Counted from the stretch's first letter, positions 25,101-39,368 are shown. The stretch is DNA of 64,000 bases from Yuukianura sp. NJ FZ-2021 (GCA_046563655.1 CM102289.1:9362001-9426000); one strand, 5' to 3'. Translations and numbers: made by a program. Notes: generated by a model from the sequence alone, not told the origin.

Positions 25101-27543
25101 TTAAAAGCTTGACCTTGCTTGACCTTACGATTTGTGCCACTTTCTTTGATTATGTTTTGATGATAAACTTTATGTTTTAGGTGAAAGCAAGTCTAACTGC
25201 AAGCAAACTGCTGATGTATGAGGCGAAGAAGTCAGCTATTCAGAAGATTTCAGGTATTCAGAAGAATTCAGCTATGAAAAAAGGTCCTGGACGGAAGAGA
25301 AAAGTTCAGAATGTAGATGCGACTGAGCAGAAATACGTGCGATGCGATTCGCCGACTCATATATTGCCTGATGATGGTCCGGAACTGAAAGTTTTAACTA
25401 CTGTCAAGCAAGATGCAGATTGCAAAATTTTCACAATTACAAATGACAAAGGGGAGCTCAAATTCTACTACACTGTGCCAACTATTGTTGTTCAAGAAGC
25501 CGGCACTATTGAAACTCAGAGTGAAGTTGGTGGAGGAGCTTCAAATGATACTGCTGATGCTTGTGGAGCATCGTATGATACTGCTGGTGGAGTATCAGAT
25601 GATAATATCGGAGAAGGAGAAGCATCAAATGATACTGCTGGAGAAGAAGAAGCATCAAGTAATAGTTCTGGTGAAGCATCAGCTGATACTGCTGGAGAAG
25701 CATCACGTGATACTGGTTTAGAAATTATCAAATCAAGTGATAATGCTGTTGCTGGAAAAGCATCAGGAGACAATGTTGGGCCAGCATTTTCTGATGCTAC
25801 CAGTACTGCTGATGAACCAACTGAAGTTGAGGTGGATAAATCCGAGTCGGATAAAGTTCCTTCGACTTCTGAACCGCCTCCTGCGGACACTTCAACGGAA
25901 GTTGTGTCCACTCAACAGTCCAGTCAATCAACTTCAACTTCTACACAGGAAGATAGAAATGACGGTGACGAAGGAGAAGACGACGAGCCGAACCGAAAGC
26001 ACCGTGAAAACTTTTCGTATGAAGAGCCGGTTGCTGACGATTTAGCAGAGGAGTTGACTGAAACGACGGACGAAGAGAACTTGGACACAAGTGACCACGT
26101 AAAAGAAGTGGCAGGAGACAACGAAGGTGTCGCATTTTCATGTTCAACTCCGGAGCCAACTGAAGATCAGCGCCTGACCAAGGAAAAGACACCTCCGCAG
26201 GGGTCTAAAAAACGAAGACACACGTATCCCAGTTCCGAGTTACAAGCGAACAGAAATAAACGAAAGAAGGACAAAACGACTCCAGTAGTGCAGTTGCTAG
26301 AAGCGAGTGAGCAAGAAGACGAAGATGTGCTGGAAGCATTCTCGGAAGCATTTTTGATCAGTGTCCGACACAGGCTGGAGACGAAGAATCCTTCTGTGTA
26401 TGCCTCGTTCTTGCATTTGTTCAACGATTGTTTGGTAAACGAAATGTCGGATGAAGAATTATACTCGAAGGTAAAGTTATTCAACATTTTAAAATTTAAA
26501 GTTAAGTTAAGTTATAAGATTGATTAAAAGTTATTTGTGAATTTGTTTTCGGTTTTTAGGCGGAAGAATTGCTGAAAGATTTTCCAGATCTGATTGAAGA
26601 GTTTCGCGGTTTGCAGACGGCGGAAGTCGCCTTCACTACTGGCAGTTTTATCCAGTACCAGGAGAGTCATGCCCAAATCCATTTTCTACAACTACTGGAG
26701 GTCAGTTAACTGAAAATTTTCCTTTTCGAAACGTATTTTTATGATTTTGAAACTTTTGTTTTAGAAATGGACCGTAAATTGCCCCCAGTTGAAAACGAAA
26801 ATCATACAAAAACTGAAAAGTTTACAGGACAGAAATGTGCCAGAGTCGAAAGTGGTGGATGTCATGCAGCCCCTGTTCTCCCAAATCCAGAATCCTCTTA
26901 TACTGGATTCATTCAAAGCACTGTTTCCAACGGTGTACAGACCTCAGACAATGTAACTCACCAATTTATGTAAGACGAAACTCTAAATACTGGAAGTATT
27001 TCAAGTATTCATGTTTTGTTATTTGCAGTGTTTCGGATGCTGACTATGAAGAAATGGATCTCGATGGTGACGACAAGCATGAGTCACATGGTCACCCTAC
27101 GGCTGAAATCGAACTGGATAGTTTTGAGACGGTGAAACTCCCGGAAGAGAAGCAAGTGATCGCTACCAATTCATGTCCGTGTTCATGTCATGAGGATGCT
27201 GGAAACGTTCATTATCACACAAGGGCACGACATTGCAACAAGTGCTGTCTTCGGGTAAGAAACTCTTGTCAAAAGTTAGTGATGTGGGTTTGTCTTGTCA
27301 ACTTTCGCTTTTTAGTTTCAGGACGGCAAACTTTTCTTGCACAGTGGACGGGTCATGAAGCCAGTTAGCATTGAATTTCCGTCTTCCGAACTTTCGAAAC
27401 AAGTATTTGCCCAATCAACATACGTCGCTTCTAAGTCAGCCGCGGCTTCAACTTCGACATCAGCCCGTCTAACTCCCACTTCATCACCTTTGACATCTAC
27501 GTCGACAGTATTACCCAAGAAACCAGTAACAGGAGCGCCGTAG
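22111..27543 (+). CDS. GON4L: GON-4-like / Mute / YARP co-regulator (PAH domains)
   Basis: EPKLTRAK, RTRSKLPLNDTPLEVLEKQLIPPDITTDMYE, DEEADPEYN, QMQKHIQLL, FTASEDNLIARGL, two PAH-like segments and CPCSCH motif. Confidence 0.88.
23866..24270. repeat. ~190-bp imperfect tandem duplication in GON4L intron
   Basis: AAAAAGTAATACGTTAGAAAGTTA...TTTTGAAAAAACAATATTTTGGAATTTTTAAAA...ATGAGGAAAATGC occurs at ~23947-24038 and ~24135-24229. Confidence 0.85.
25530..25810 (+). repeat. Coding tandem repeats (G/E-A-S-x-D-T-A) in GON4L
   Basis: Recurring GAAGCATCAnnnGATACTGCTG-like units of 24-30 bp in ORF 25181..26527. Confidence 0.75.
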
Positions 27544-27748
27544 ATGTAACTACATTAGACGTATTTTAGTCGTTTTTCTAAATTAGTGAACTTTTTTCAT
27601 TTTGGGCAGTACATCGAAATATCGTAGGTTATACTTATCCAATATTTAGTTGGACTGAATTCTTTATATAACTTTATAATAAAATTCTCGTTGAATTAAC
27701 CAATTTAAGCAGTCGGTGGTCCAATTAGCCGATTGCATACCGATTGCA

Positions 27749-29649
27749 TTAGGAGGACTTAGTACTCAAAGTACTGACACGGTCGTGGTACTTCATCAAT
27801 TCTGTTCGGCATACCTCCCGCTGAAATAAAAAATTTACATTTTACGTGTTCTAATTCATACGTAATAATTTTAATCCAAATTGAGCATAATTTTTATTTG
27901 GATATTTTTGAAACGCTGACATTCAACACTCACCAGGTTAATGTCCTTATTAATATCCCAAAGCAAGGCAAGTTTTTGAAGGCGTCGTAATTGTCCAGTT
28001 CTACTTGCGTACATTATTCCCCTCCAGCACTCGTCAGAGTTTTCTCCATAAGCGTTAAATCCGTTAATACTAGAAATGAACCAAATTTTATTAAGCAAAC
28101 TGTTCAACTGACTTCAAAACAAAAAGTTATGACACTTACGTGGTAAATTCCGAAATGAATCAATCGAATCCGACGTCTGAGGAGTGTTTGTGGGAAAACT
28201 GCAAGTACTTCCATCAGAACCGTACGTAGCTCCAGCAGTAAGGTGGTTCCACTGTTCACGAACATCACTATCACTAAGGCCATGAACAATTACGACGTCC
28301 AGTTTCCATAACTTTGGAAATCGGAAAATCCCCTTCAACGTTTTAGACCAGACATACAATTTTTCCACATTTGGTAATACCCTTGGCCACTGTTCACACT
28401 CTTCTTCCGTTTTTAAACTGATTTCCGCATGTTTTACGTTTGGAAAAACACATCCAGTGAAACTGAAGTTATAGATGCTTTCGTCATACCTGCAGATGAG
28501 CGATGTGAGTACTGGAAACTGAGTCTGTTGAGGTGGAACAATTGGAATGTCTACTGATAGGTTACTAAGGTTCAAGCATTGAAGCTTCGCGAGGGAATAG
28601 AGCGGCATCGTAATTGGCCCATGAAACCAGTAACGATAATTGCGATTCTCCGAGTCAAAATATGACAGAGAAAGCTTGCGCGATGGCGTTTGCTGTTGAA
28701 TCAATCTTGGCAAGATTTCTACTTGCTGAAGTAATCGTTCTGGGTGGTGGTCCAATACAGTTGCTACTATGTACAATTGCAAATCAACAACTCTGAATTG
28801 TGTTGAAATTGCAGCTAACTTTTCGAGGTCACCAATATTCGACACTGGAAACTCAAGGTATATACACAACTCTTGTATGCGAACTGTTCCATTCATGTTG
28901 TGCAGTAGATTTAAAATGTCTGCTAGAATTCCAGGGCATGAGGACTCATTGTTACTCAGATTCTCGATTGAAATGCGCCGGAGATTTGGAGTTTTATGAA
29001 AAATTTGAAGCAGAAGCAGATGTAGAGGGAAATATTTGTTCTCGACGTTAAAACGCTTGATTGTGATGGTTTTCAAATTTTGGAGTACAGGAATTTTAGT
29101 ACATTTGCCAGTTTTCGCATAATTTTCAATAAGTGATGAAGCGAAAATTGTTGACTTATTTATTAAGTCGATTTCTTCTACGTTGACGCAGTTTTCCAGT
29201 AGCACTTGCACATTTTCTGCAAGCGAAACATCCGAATTCCCTCCTGCCAGCCACAGAAGTTCGTACTCAAAAATACTCCAGTATTTAACAAGTTTCCCAA
29301 ACAGGACACAAAACTGCCTCAAAGGCTGCCCGTACGCCGACAGATCTTTACTAAACCCAAAGTTTTCAAATGGAATCATCACTTTGTGTTGAAACATTGT
29401 CACGAATTTGGCAATGTCAGAGTCCGTTGTAAACTTGACTTGATACATTTTTTGTACACATGTCGTTACCAGTAGATTGAAGCGGTTGCTGACAAGACGC
29501 AGCTTTGGAATGTCTTCTTTCCCCAAAAAATGAATGATTTCAAGCAGCATCTGAAACAAGTTTTTCATCACATCGGGATCGATCGGGCCCTCATAAAAGA
29601 TTTTGATTTAAATACCACTTGAACTTACTTCATTTGGAATGGAATCCAT
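27749..29649 (-). CDS. F-box protein with degenerate LRR/RNI-like region (4 exons)
   Basis: Splicing ATG...GAA|gtaagt to tttcag|ATG gives MDSIPNEMLLEIIHFLGKEDIPKLRLVSNRFNLLV, a typical F-box. LRR-like units (LQNLKTITI, TPNLRRISI, FPVLTSL, LPNVEKLYV) follow. Stop at 27749-27751. Confidence 0.8.
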
Positions 29650-30508
29650 GACTTGGCGTTGCAGGGCAAACGGGAGCGATCATAAAGTGATTCGTTATGT
29701 TAACTTTATAATAAAGGTTTCGTTAAATTAGCCAATTTGAGCGGTTCAATTTCCGATTAGTGTGACATCCACTCGTGCTCAAAATGGGTTAAACTTTGTC
29801 TCTGTCCATTGTACCCCCCCCCCCCCCCGAATTGCATTGTATTGTACATATTATATATATTTTGGTGGAAGCCCCAGGCGGCAGTAGGTCTTTTAAACTT
29901 CAAAGTTCTTCTATTTTTGAATTTCACATGAACGTCCCAATGAAACCGACCAAAACGTGATGCCACCATTCGTGGCAATATTTTGGCGGAAGCCCGAGGC
30001 TGCAGTAGCTCTCAGGAAAAAATTTCGAGAGTTGGATATTGGATTTAAAATGTCGGAGAAAATAACACATTCATGTATTTCAACTTGCAGGGCTTCTATT
30101 TTTGAATTTCGCATTAATATGACTTTATATTATGACTTAAACAATATGAATTCAAGTCAGTAGAGTTTGAGCGCCTGATTTTTTAAAATCCGAGTAGTCC
30201 GAGCTAAATAATCCGAGAAATCCAACGTTGCAATACGCGCACCCCTCATACAAATCCGAGGAATCCGAGAATCCGACGTTTAGCCGTTCCCGCATTGTTT
30301 GTTGTTTTTTTTTCAGTTTGATTTTTTTTCCTCATCCAGATACACGCCCCACCCCAGAATTATTAGGAAGAAGGAAACAGAGATAGTAGATAAATCAATT
30401 GTTACTTTCAGTTTCAGAATAAAAGCAGCTGTTTTATTGCAGAACGACCCGATCGACCGAACTTTGGACCAACGTTAACTTACATAGTTTAAGGGCGGAA
30501 ACGACACA

Positions 30509-32543
30509 ATGGTGTGGGGATTTGTTACTTGCGGGCCGAATGAGGTAAATTGAGTGTTCAACGTTTAACATAACCACCAGCAGATTAATCAACTGGACAG
30601 AGTTCTTATGCTAACGTGTGTTTAAATTCACAGGCTCTGGTCGTCAGTGGATGCTTTCATGCTCGACCGTTGCTTGTGGCTGGAGGGAGAACATTTGTGT
30701 GGCCGTTTATCCAACAAGTTCAAGAGTATTAACCAACATATTTGACGATTTATGTTGCTCATGGTTGAAAGTTTCAATTTGAAAAACTTTATATGACTGT
30801 TTAGGTTGCCACTGAAGACGATGACACTGATGGTAGAGTCTCCAAGAGTCTACACCAGCCAAGGAGTTCCGATTACTGTTTCATCTGTGGCACAAATCAA
30901 GATCCAAGGACAAAATCAGGAAATGTTGCTTACAGGTTTGTGTTGGATTTCGCAAATCACTTAGCTCAAGGAAGCTTAAGCTCTAGAGCTTTTTCTTGTA
31001 GCTTGTGAGCAATTCCTTGGGAAATCCAGCATCCGGGAGATCGAGAAAGTGGCCTTGGAAACATTGGAGGGTCATCAGAGGGCTATCATGGGGTCTTTGA
31101 CTGTTGAGGTAAAACTGAAATTCGTCAATCTTGACTGATTAACGAATTTGTAAGGAATTTCTAAGGAATTTGACTATTCCTTAGAAATTGTTAGTTCGAA
31201 ATGTTATGGCCTATTTATGTTTCTATTTTAACAGGAAATCTACAAGGACCGGAAGAAGTTTAGCAAGAACGTTTATGACGTAGCTTCCCTTGATTTGGCA
31301 AACATGGGAATCACGGTGATAAGCTACACGATTAAAGATGTCCGTGATGATACTGGATACTTGGCCGCCCTTGGACAAGCAAGGTACTATGTTATCACAT
31401 GATTTAACCAATATTATTTTGTCATATGCAATTATACACTTCATTAATTTCTTTATTAGAACGGCAGAAGTAAAACGAGATGCAAGAATTGGAGAGGCTG
31501 AAGCTAGACGAGATGCCCAGATAAAGGAAGCAATTGCCGGTATACCTTAGTAACCTTTGACCTGAAATTAAACTTAAGGGTATTAGGGCTACCGACTAAT
31601 TTTGTATTACTTGTTGTAGAGGAGGAACGAATTGCTGCTAAAGTGATCAACGACACGGAAATCGCAAAAGCCAAACGGGACTTCGAGCTTAAGAAGGCTG
31701 CATACGATTTGGAAACGAACACAAAGGTAAAATTTGTCTTATTACTTTCAATTAAAATCAAAAAATAAAATAAAATAACAAGCATTTTTATGACAGAGGG
31801 CAGAGGCTGACATGGCCTTCAGTCTGCAAGTGGCAAAAAGCAAGCAGAAGATTCGTGAAGAACAGGTTGGGTCTCATTTAAGATCAATCCAGTTCCTCAA
31901 TTTTACTAATTGAGTTGGAATCGATTACTAATTAATTTTGTTTCGATTACAGACACACATCAAAGTGGTTGAGCGCATGCAGGATATCTGCGTCCAAGAA
32001 CAAGAAATTCAAAGGAAGCAGCGTGAATTGGACGCACAGGTTCGTCGTCCAGCCGAGGCTGAAAAGTACAGACTCGAGAAGATTGCAGAAGCCAACCGAA
32101 ATAGGGTAACAGTTACAGTATTTTGAAACATTTTTTTCTTTGAAAAAGTTTTTGAGAAAAGTTGTCCTTTTGTATTCCAGGTTATCTTGGAAGCTGAAGC
32201 TGAGTCTGAAGCCATTCGGATCAAAGGAGAAGCGGAAGCATTTGTATTGGCTGCCAAAGGAAAAGCAGAAGCAGAGCAGTTGGCGATGAAAGGAGAAGCT
32301 TATCGTCAGTTCAAGGAAGCTGCAGTGGTAGACATGCTGTTGGAAGTTTTGCCTAAAGTAGCAGCAGAAGTTGCTGCTCCTTTGACTCAAGTCAAGAAAA
32401 TGACGATGGTGAGCACTGGAGGAGAAATCGGAGCTGCTCGACTCACTACGGAAATACTGGAGACAGTTCTGCGCATGCCGCAGTTGGTTTCAACTTTGAC
32501 GGGAGTGGACATCACTAAAGCAGTGAGTGGAAAGTCACTTTAA
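30509..32543 (+). CDS. FLOT1: Flotillin-1 (multi-exon)
   Basis: [86 protein letters not shown]. Confidence 0.96.
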
Positions 32544-33316
32544 GTGGACATTGCGTGCCTGTCGTGTCAAAGATATGTCATGTCAAATGACATGAGTCTT
32601 GTCATGTCACATCTCAGTTTGAATCTGAATACACACCAAAGTGTTACTATTGCTTATAGTTGTGTCTAAAAGTGACACTTTAGTTAGCTTAAAAGTATAA
32701 AGTTGGTGTTTAATTATTGTTTCCTCACTGTTACCACACATATATTTGTGCCTGATTTGCCAGAATTCCACTTAAAATTTTACTTTTTAAACCCAAGTAC
32801 AATTTGAAATTGTAATTTACTAAAAAATTTTTAGTATAATTTGCTATATTTTTGAACTTCTCACTGTCACAACCGATTCGTGATTCACAATATAAAATTG
32901 ATTATGTGTCAACAAATCATAATTTTTTTTTCTCTCAGAACCTAGTTCTGGTTCACAAATATTTTACTGCCTTGTTTAAAAGTTATTAATTGAAACATAA
33001 AAATAAAATGGAGAGATTTATGTGTAAGAAGCAAAAACTTAAAAACAGAAGAAGAAAATGCATAGATTTTGATCGTCTTATTATCGTCTTATTTTGATCG
33101 TCTTATTGCACTTAAGTTTGTTACGCCTAGCAAAGAATTTAAATTTTCTTTAAGTATTAACAGCAAGGAAATGCGGAAAAAGGCAAAGTAGTTTTAGAAT
33201 TGTTAATTCTGGAAATGCTGAAACTGAAATTTGGCTTATTAATCGTCACTGGCCCAAAAAAGTCGGGGTTAGAAGTGGGTCCGACTGCGTTTGAAGTCTA
33301 GAATGAAAAAAAAAAT

Positions 33317-36130
33317 TCAAGGACTGAGCTTAGAGTGTTGCTGGGTTGAGCGATTACTGAATATCCGGGAGCAGAGGCGGTGCAAGCAAAATATTGGATC
33401 GAAGCGTCTTCTTCTAGCTACTTTGAAATGAATATAAGCAAAGACGAGAAGAAGAGCAATACTCAGGTATAGGATCATCAGGATCCCAACGTCTGTGAGG
33501 CTAAAGTAGCCACCCAGCCACGCAGTACTTGTCAGTTTTTGTGCTGCCGAGTTAAGACCAGAGTTCACTCCACCGGACCTGAAAGACACAAAAACATAAC
33601 ATAAAGTTCATTTTCAAAATTTATGTTTGAGATATGAAGTTTTGAATTTTGAAATGAAATTGTTACCTCTCGAGGTACCGTTTCGGTGAGGCATAAACGC
33701 GTACCAGGTACTCGGCGACCTTTGACTCGTCAAACTCCGGTTGTTCTGCCTCTGACTGCTTAGTGTAGCAACTAGGACAATGCTTGATACTGGGATAGTA
33801 CCATTTGGGGTATCCTGGATCTTCGCTTGCTGAATTCTTCAATCTAATTGATAGAATAAGATTAGCAATTAACATTAATCAATTAATCATAAAACTTCAT
33901 AGTATAAAGTTAATAATTGACATTTACCTTAAGTTAACTTCGTTGTGTCTCTTCCAGAGCCACAGCATTTGTTCACGAATGGACACGATGTCCAGGGCTT
34001 CGTCTCTTGTGACCATTTCTCCAAAATGTGTTGAGCACTCGTTACAACCCAAGAATTCACTCACGTAGCCATGAATTCCCGTCAGCACTGAAACGTCTTT
34101 CCGTTTCTCGTAACCAATCACAGTAAGAACATGGAACAGCCTCCATAGTCCACANNNNNNNNNNNNNNNNNNNNNNNNNNNNNNNNNNNNNNNNNNNNNN
34201 NNNNNNNNNNNNNNNNNNNNNNNNNNNNNNNNNNNNNNNNNNNNNNNNNNNNNNAATCACAGTTAGAACATGGAACAGCCTCCATAGTCCGCAATTGTAT
34301 CCCCGACGTCCTGTCAACATAAGATATGAATACTGGTTAATATTGGGCAAATACTGGCAAGTATTATGTAAATAGTGGTCAATATTGGGTAAATACTGGC
34401 AAGCATTGTGTAAATACTGGCAAGTATTGTGTAAATACTGATCAATATTGGGTGAATACTGGCAAGTATTTTGAATTTGCGGGCTCAGTAGATGCAACAT
34501 ACCAGGTACAGTTGCCCTACAGTCGTACCAAACATTTAACTCGATGTCCCACGGTTTATATTCGTCCTCCAGTTCCGTCAGTTTCTCCAAGTACTTCGTA
34601 TTCTAAAAAACAAATGGAGTTTCAAAAAAGAAAGGTGTTGGAATTGCAATTAAAAATTTAGTATTGTTGTAGTAATTTTCCAAAAACGTTGTGTTACCTC
34701 AATTTGTCGTTGTGGACGAATCCATTCCAGCAGTTTGACTAGAAATAGCCTCACTTCTCTCCTATCCGGAGGGAAGTATTCAGTGAGCACTCCAAGATAA
34801 TTCTTTAAAGCCACCAGTTGGGATCCCTCCAGCTTCTGCGGCAGTCCAACTTCGTTTCTTAGGGAATACCTTATAGCCTGCAGCAAATCTTCCATACTCA
34901 CTCGATCTTCTCCTTCACCAAGGATTGTCTGTAGTGGGGCAGGATCCGGTCTCGGTCCGGTTTCTACTTCGGGCTTCTCCCTGAAACATGCAAAAGGTTT
35001 TAATAAAAAAATTTTAGAAAAACTCAAAATTCAAAAAAAAAAGTTGAAAAATAATGAATAAGTTTAAGGTCGTACTGAATTTTTGTGATTTGTGCAAGAC
35101 CAATAGTGGCAGTGGTTATAAGTTCCACGAGATCTTGGTCTTTTCCTAACACAAGGCTTCCACCGGAATATCCTTCTTTGACCAAGTATCCAGCAGCAGG
35201 CCAGCTATCCAGCGACAGTTGCTCATACATTGGATTCTTGTGGTGAAATCTTAAAACTCGAACTGTTTTGTTGTAACGACTGAGACGAAGGGTCACTTCT
35301 CTCCCTACGAAGGAAGTCGTATCTTCATAAATCAGGAGAATAAAGGGCGGGCCTCCAGAAAACTCAGTCGTTTTCCAGACGTCGGAGGGAGATGTTGAAC
35401 TGTTGAGTGTTGAGGAAACTGATGGTCCAAGGAGGTTCTGGAACATGGGTTCCAGTGCTTCTATTAAATTAGTCTTCATTGTTGCCAATGACTCGGACCG
35501 TTTGAAAACTTCGCCAATGTTTAGCTTTTCATTTCCATCAGCATCAGTCTGCAAAAGACAGATAAATTAGACGCTAAGACTTATCTGCTTTGAAGCTAAA
35601 GATAATTAATTACCACTTGTTCGGGAGAATGTGGCGGAAACAATTTCAAAGTAGGATATCCCAGAATTTCCATCGACCTGCAAGACGGTATGTTTGCTTC
35701 ATCTGCACAATCGATAGCCGCTATTACTACGACAGTCCGCCATTCTGACAAAATACAAAGTTGTAAAAGTTATGTACGATTTGACACATTTTCTGTTTTG
35801 AGAATTACCTTTTAAGTCCTCTGCAAACTGAATCCACTTAGGTGCAAAAGAAACGCAATGTCCACACCAACTGCTGTAAAACTCTACCAACCAGGCTCGA
35901 TCCGAAGAGTAAATGTGTTGATTAATCGTCGAGATGTTGAGAGAGTACACGAAGTGCTCTCGACTATTGTACAGTGGACCACCACCTCCAAAGATCGATG
36001 GAGTTGAGAAGTTAAGCTGTTGCGACAGAATCAATACGATGCAGAACAAACGAATTGGAGATATGTGACCATGACCAAGGCAGTTTCCGTTTGCACATAA
36101 ATCCATTGCCAATATTCTTAATTGTTTCAT
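33317..36130 (-). CDS. QSOX: Quiescin sulfhydryl oxidase (Trx + Erv domains, C-terminal TM helix); contains a 100-N gap
   Basis: WLVEFYSSWCGHC, GYPTLK, RGYNCGLWRLFHVLTV, FLGCNECSTHF, LWLWKRHNEVN, SEDPGYPKWYYPSIKHCPSC, and hydrophobic ILMILYLSIALLLVFAYIHF. Confidence 0.93.
34328..34470. repeat. 21-bp minisatellite (~7 copies) in QSOX intron
   Basis: Two unit variants, AAATACTGGCAAGTATTGTGT and AAATACTGGTCAATATTGGGT. Confidence 0.9.
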
Positions 36131-39100
36131 TGCTAATCCTGCCCAGTGCCAAATCTGTAATGAACGGCATAGTAATTTTCGAAAAGGAATTACGACAAGA
36201 AGTTCTTTCTTTATAGATTTTCTCCAAAAATAGGCTCATGTGACGTTTACCGGCTGCTTACGATGATGATCCCAATCAATCCAATAGCGTTGTTATAAAT
36301 AAACACACGTAACGATGAGTCAACTAAAAAATGAATACAAAATTAGAGGCAAAAACACATGGAAAAGTCTATTCGACGTATAAATCCTTACCTATTTGGC
36401 ATGATTTTATCTTCGTGACCACCATAAGCTGGAAAATCTCTTTGACTACGTCAGTAATCGGCAAAATTAGTTAATTGGCACCTTCCGTCCTTAATTCCAG
36501 AATCCAGCCTCCAGCGAGCATTAGAATTCAAAATCAAATGACTATTGAATTGAAACTTACAACAGCTGATTCATGTGGGAATTTATTAGTTTGACATTTT
36601 GAAAGATGGAAAGCCCGGGAAAAGTTTGTATTCTCCAACACACGATGGCGGAGGTATCACTATATGTAAACATTGATTACTCGTGGAGTTAACACCTTTT
36701 TAATTGACTAAGACTTGTTAATTTTAGTACAACGATTAAATTCCAGGTCTCCAGCAATTTAGACATATTATACTAAAAGACATTGACTAATTAAGTCTTG
36801 TTAAAAGCTGATTAATTAGTTAAAACTAATTAATCAAAATTTATTTTTTAATTCTGGAAAATGTGCCCATATATGGTTTGGTGGGTGCAGAGTGCTAGTG
36901 GGTAACTGCTAGTCAGACCCTATATTTTTTCATTCATTTGTTTACTTTCTTTGTTTTTCCTCCCTGTCAAAATTAATTTAAAAGCATAAAAGTAAACTAA
37001 ATTTAATTACTCAAAGAGCAAGTTCAGTTTCAGACTTTCTTTAATTAGTTGTCAGTTGATTGATTCGTCAAAGTCACTGCCATCACTACTAATACGTTGC
37101 CGGCTTTCATTACCACTGAACATACAACACTGACTGACACAGAGGCCGGGTATTTACTACTACAAAAATCAAGAATCAAGTTTACTAATGCCAGATGTGT
37201 TCTATACAGGTAAAGTACATTGCATGCAAACCCAAATTAAGTGTCATGAAGCTGGGGAGTAGCTAAAAATTAGAACACTACGATGTACGTGTAATTGAAT
37301 TTTCAATTCCCGTCGGTTGATTGTTGTTAGTTCCCAGCTTCATGAGTTACTTGTAAGGTTTCTGTGCGCAAGTTCTTCATCCATTTGTCCCGTACCCGAT
37401 CCGATGACACATCCGGGATTCCCATGCTTCTGTTTTCCATATTTTGGAAGTTAAGTTCACAGCATAAGCAGAAAATTCCATGCTCAATCCGCATTAAGGT
37501 CATCAATTCAATTGGTACAGTAATTGTAATTGAAACATTATCATACGCATGATGCTTAACAGACGACGTCTAACAACTGACATTTCTTTTTTAATTTCCA
37601 GTTTTCGGTATGGTAGATCCGTAGATCGATAACTGAATTGGGCAGGAAGTGGGTGTAGATGGAACACTCCACTCCACTGTCCACTCTCACGGACTCCCCA
37701 TAGAGTAACACTAGTATGGTTTTTAGATGCTGATAAAATCCTGACTGATAACGGTACATGGGTGGACGAATTAAACTTTTACAGGAGAGCAAAAGCTTTA
37801 TAGTGGCTAGTATCAAGTTCCAACTTCCATGTTCAATTCAAGTGGATCTGGAGTTGGATAGATCAAGTTGCAAACGCTTGTGAACTTACTTTAGAACTTA
37901 AGTTGTTCGTGCTAGAGTAAGTTCCACTGCGAATTTGTTGACTTTTTGATTTTAGAAAAATAAAAATGAACACTATGATTCACAGTCATTGTGTTCTGTT
38001 GCTATCCTTCGTTGTGCAAAAGATAAAAATTGCGTAAATCCGCGCGGAACATGTCATCGTACTGATTAGAAACGTTAAGTGTTTGATAGAAATTCGGCAG
38101 TGTAGTTACCAATGCTCAATTGATGAGTTATTATAACCATACACTTTGTTCAAAAAGTCACAACCAGTCATCAGCTCATAAGGTCAGCCATACTTTCATT
38201 TGTAATTTCGTTAGTTAACAAAACAACAATTTCATAAATTATGAAAACAAAGTGAAAGTGGATTGCACAAGGACAACATTTTGATTGCTACTTACGTTGA
38301 CAGCTTTCCTTTTCAAAACTAGAAATTAACGAAGAAAACTAGAAATAACGAGCAGTATTTGACTCATTACATATTCGAACATGGAAAGATGACCACTTTG
38401 TTACTTGATTTTTTCATTCTGGGTTGATTAACCTTCAAATTGCACAAGCAGATCTGTGGTCTCGTCAGACTAGTTATTATGCATTTGTGTGAAAACTTTT
38501 CAAATTGGAAGAGTCAAAAGGCGTTAAAAAGATTTTTCAATTGGAATCTCAAAATTTGACTTTTGTTTTGTGTGAAAGCAAAAACAAAAGTGTTGTAAGT
38601 GAACTTTTTTTGAAAAGGGAATTGGAATTATTCGCCTATGACTTATGAAACAAGTTTCATTGACTTTTAGACTTTCTGGTTAGGTTTGTGCCACCAGTGA
38701 ACAGTGGACCATGACATGTCTCTGCACTTTAGTCACAAGAGATGAATTTCCTTTTTTGCCTTTGTTAAACCAAAACGCCACCCAAATTCAGTCAAACCAA
38801 AAAAAAAATCTAACAATACAAAAAAGCACAATGCCAAATTCCATGTGAAATGAAAGCAAAGCGTTGATTCATTGTCCGCGTGGTCTTTGTGTAGTAACTT
38901 TTTTATTCGATTTGGATTGCGTTTTACAACAAATAGAATCTGAAATTTAATATTTAAAAAAAATGTTACTCTTTTGGACATAAGGAAGGCAATAATAATG
39001 TTTTTGTAATCACTGTTTTTGTAATCAATTATACAATAGAAACAATTTTGTCACCAGTGTGTGAAAAATATTGTTTCACACTCACTTCACAGCAGGCGAA

Positions 39101-39368
39101 AATGTAATTTATAAAGATTTGCAACCTTGGATTAACAGTTTTTTATTACAAAATTTTTTTTTTAAGCGTTCCGCCATATGGTTGTATGGATTTAGGCGGA
39201 TTTAGATTATGAATCTCTGTAATTGCAATTTGCAAACAGATGTTTGGAAAATACTCATTTTTGTAACATTTGGCATAGACAATTTGCTGGGAAGTAAGAT
39301 TTTGAATAGTATTCCAAATATATTCAATATTATATAAATATTACATATATAAATATATATTCAACAAT

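Noticed and set aside
27749..29649. F-box gene as a horizontal transfer because of its long exon
   Set aside because: It has canonical introns and host-like composition; lineage-specific expansion is the simpler explanation.
29812..29828. Long C homopolymer as a functional element
   Set aside because: Simple sequence inside a probable repeat relic, with no other support.
34057..34590. 177-aa ORF with CQYL repeats
   Set aside because: It is read-through of an intron minisatellite and the N gap; the real QSOX frame splices around it.
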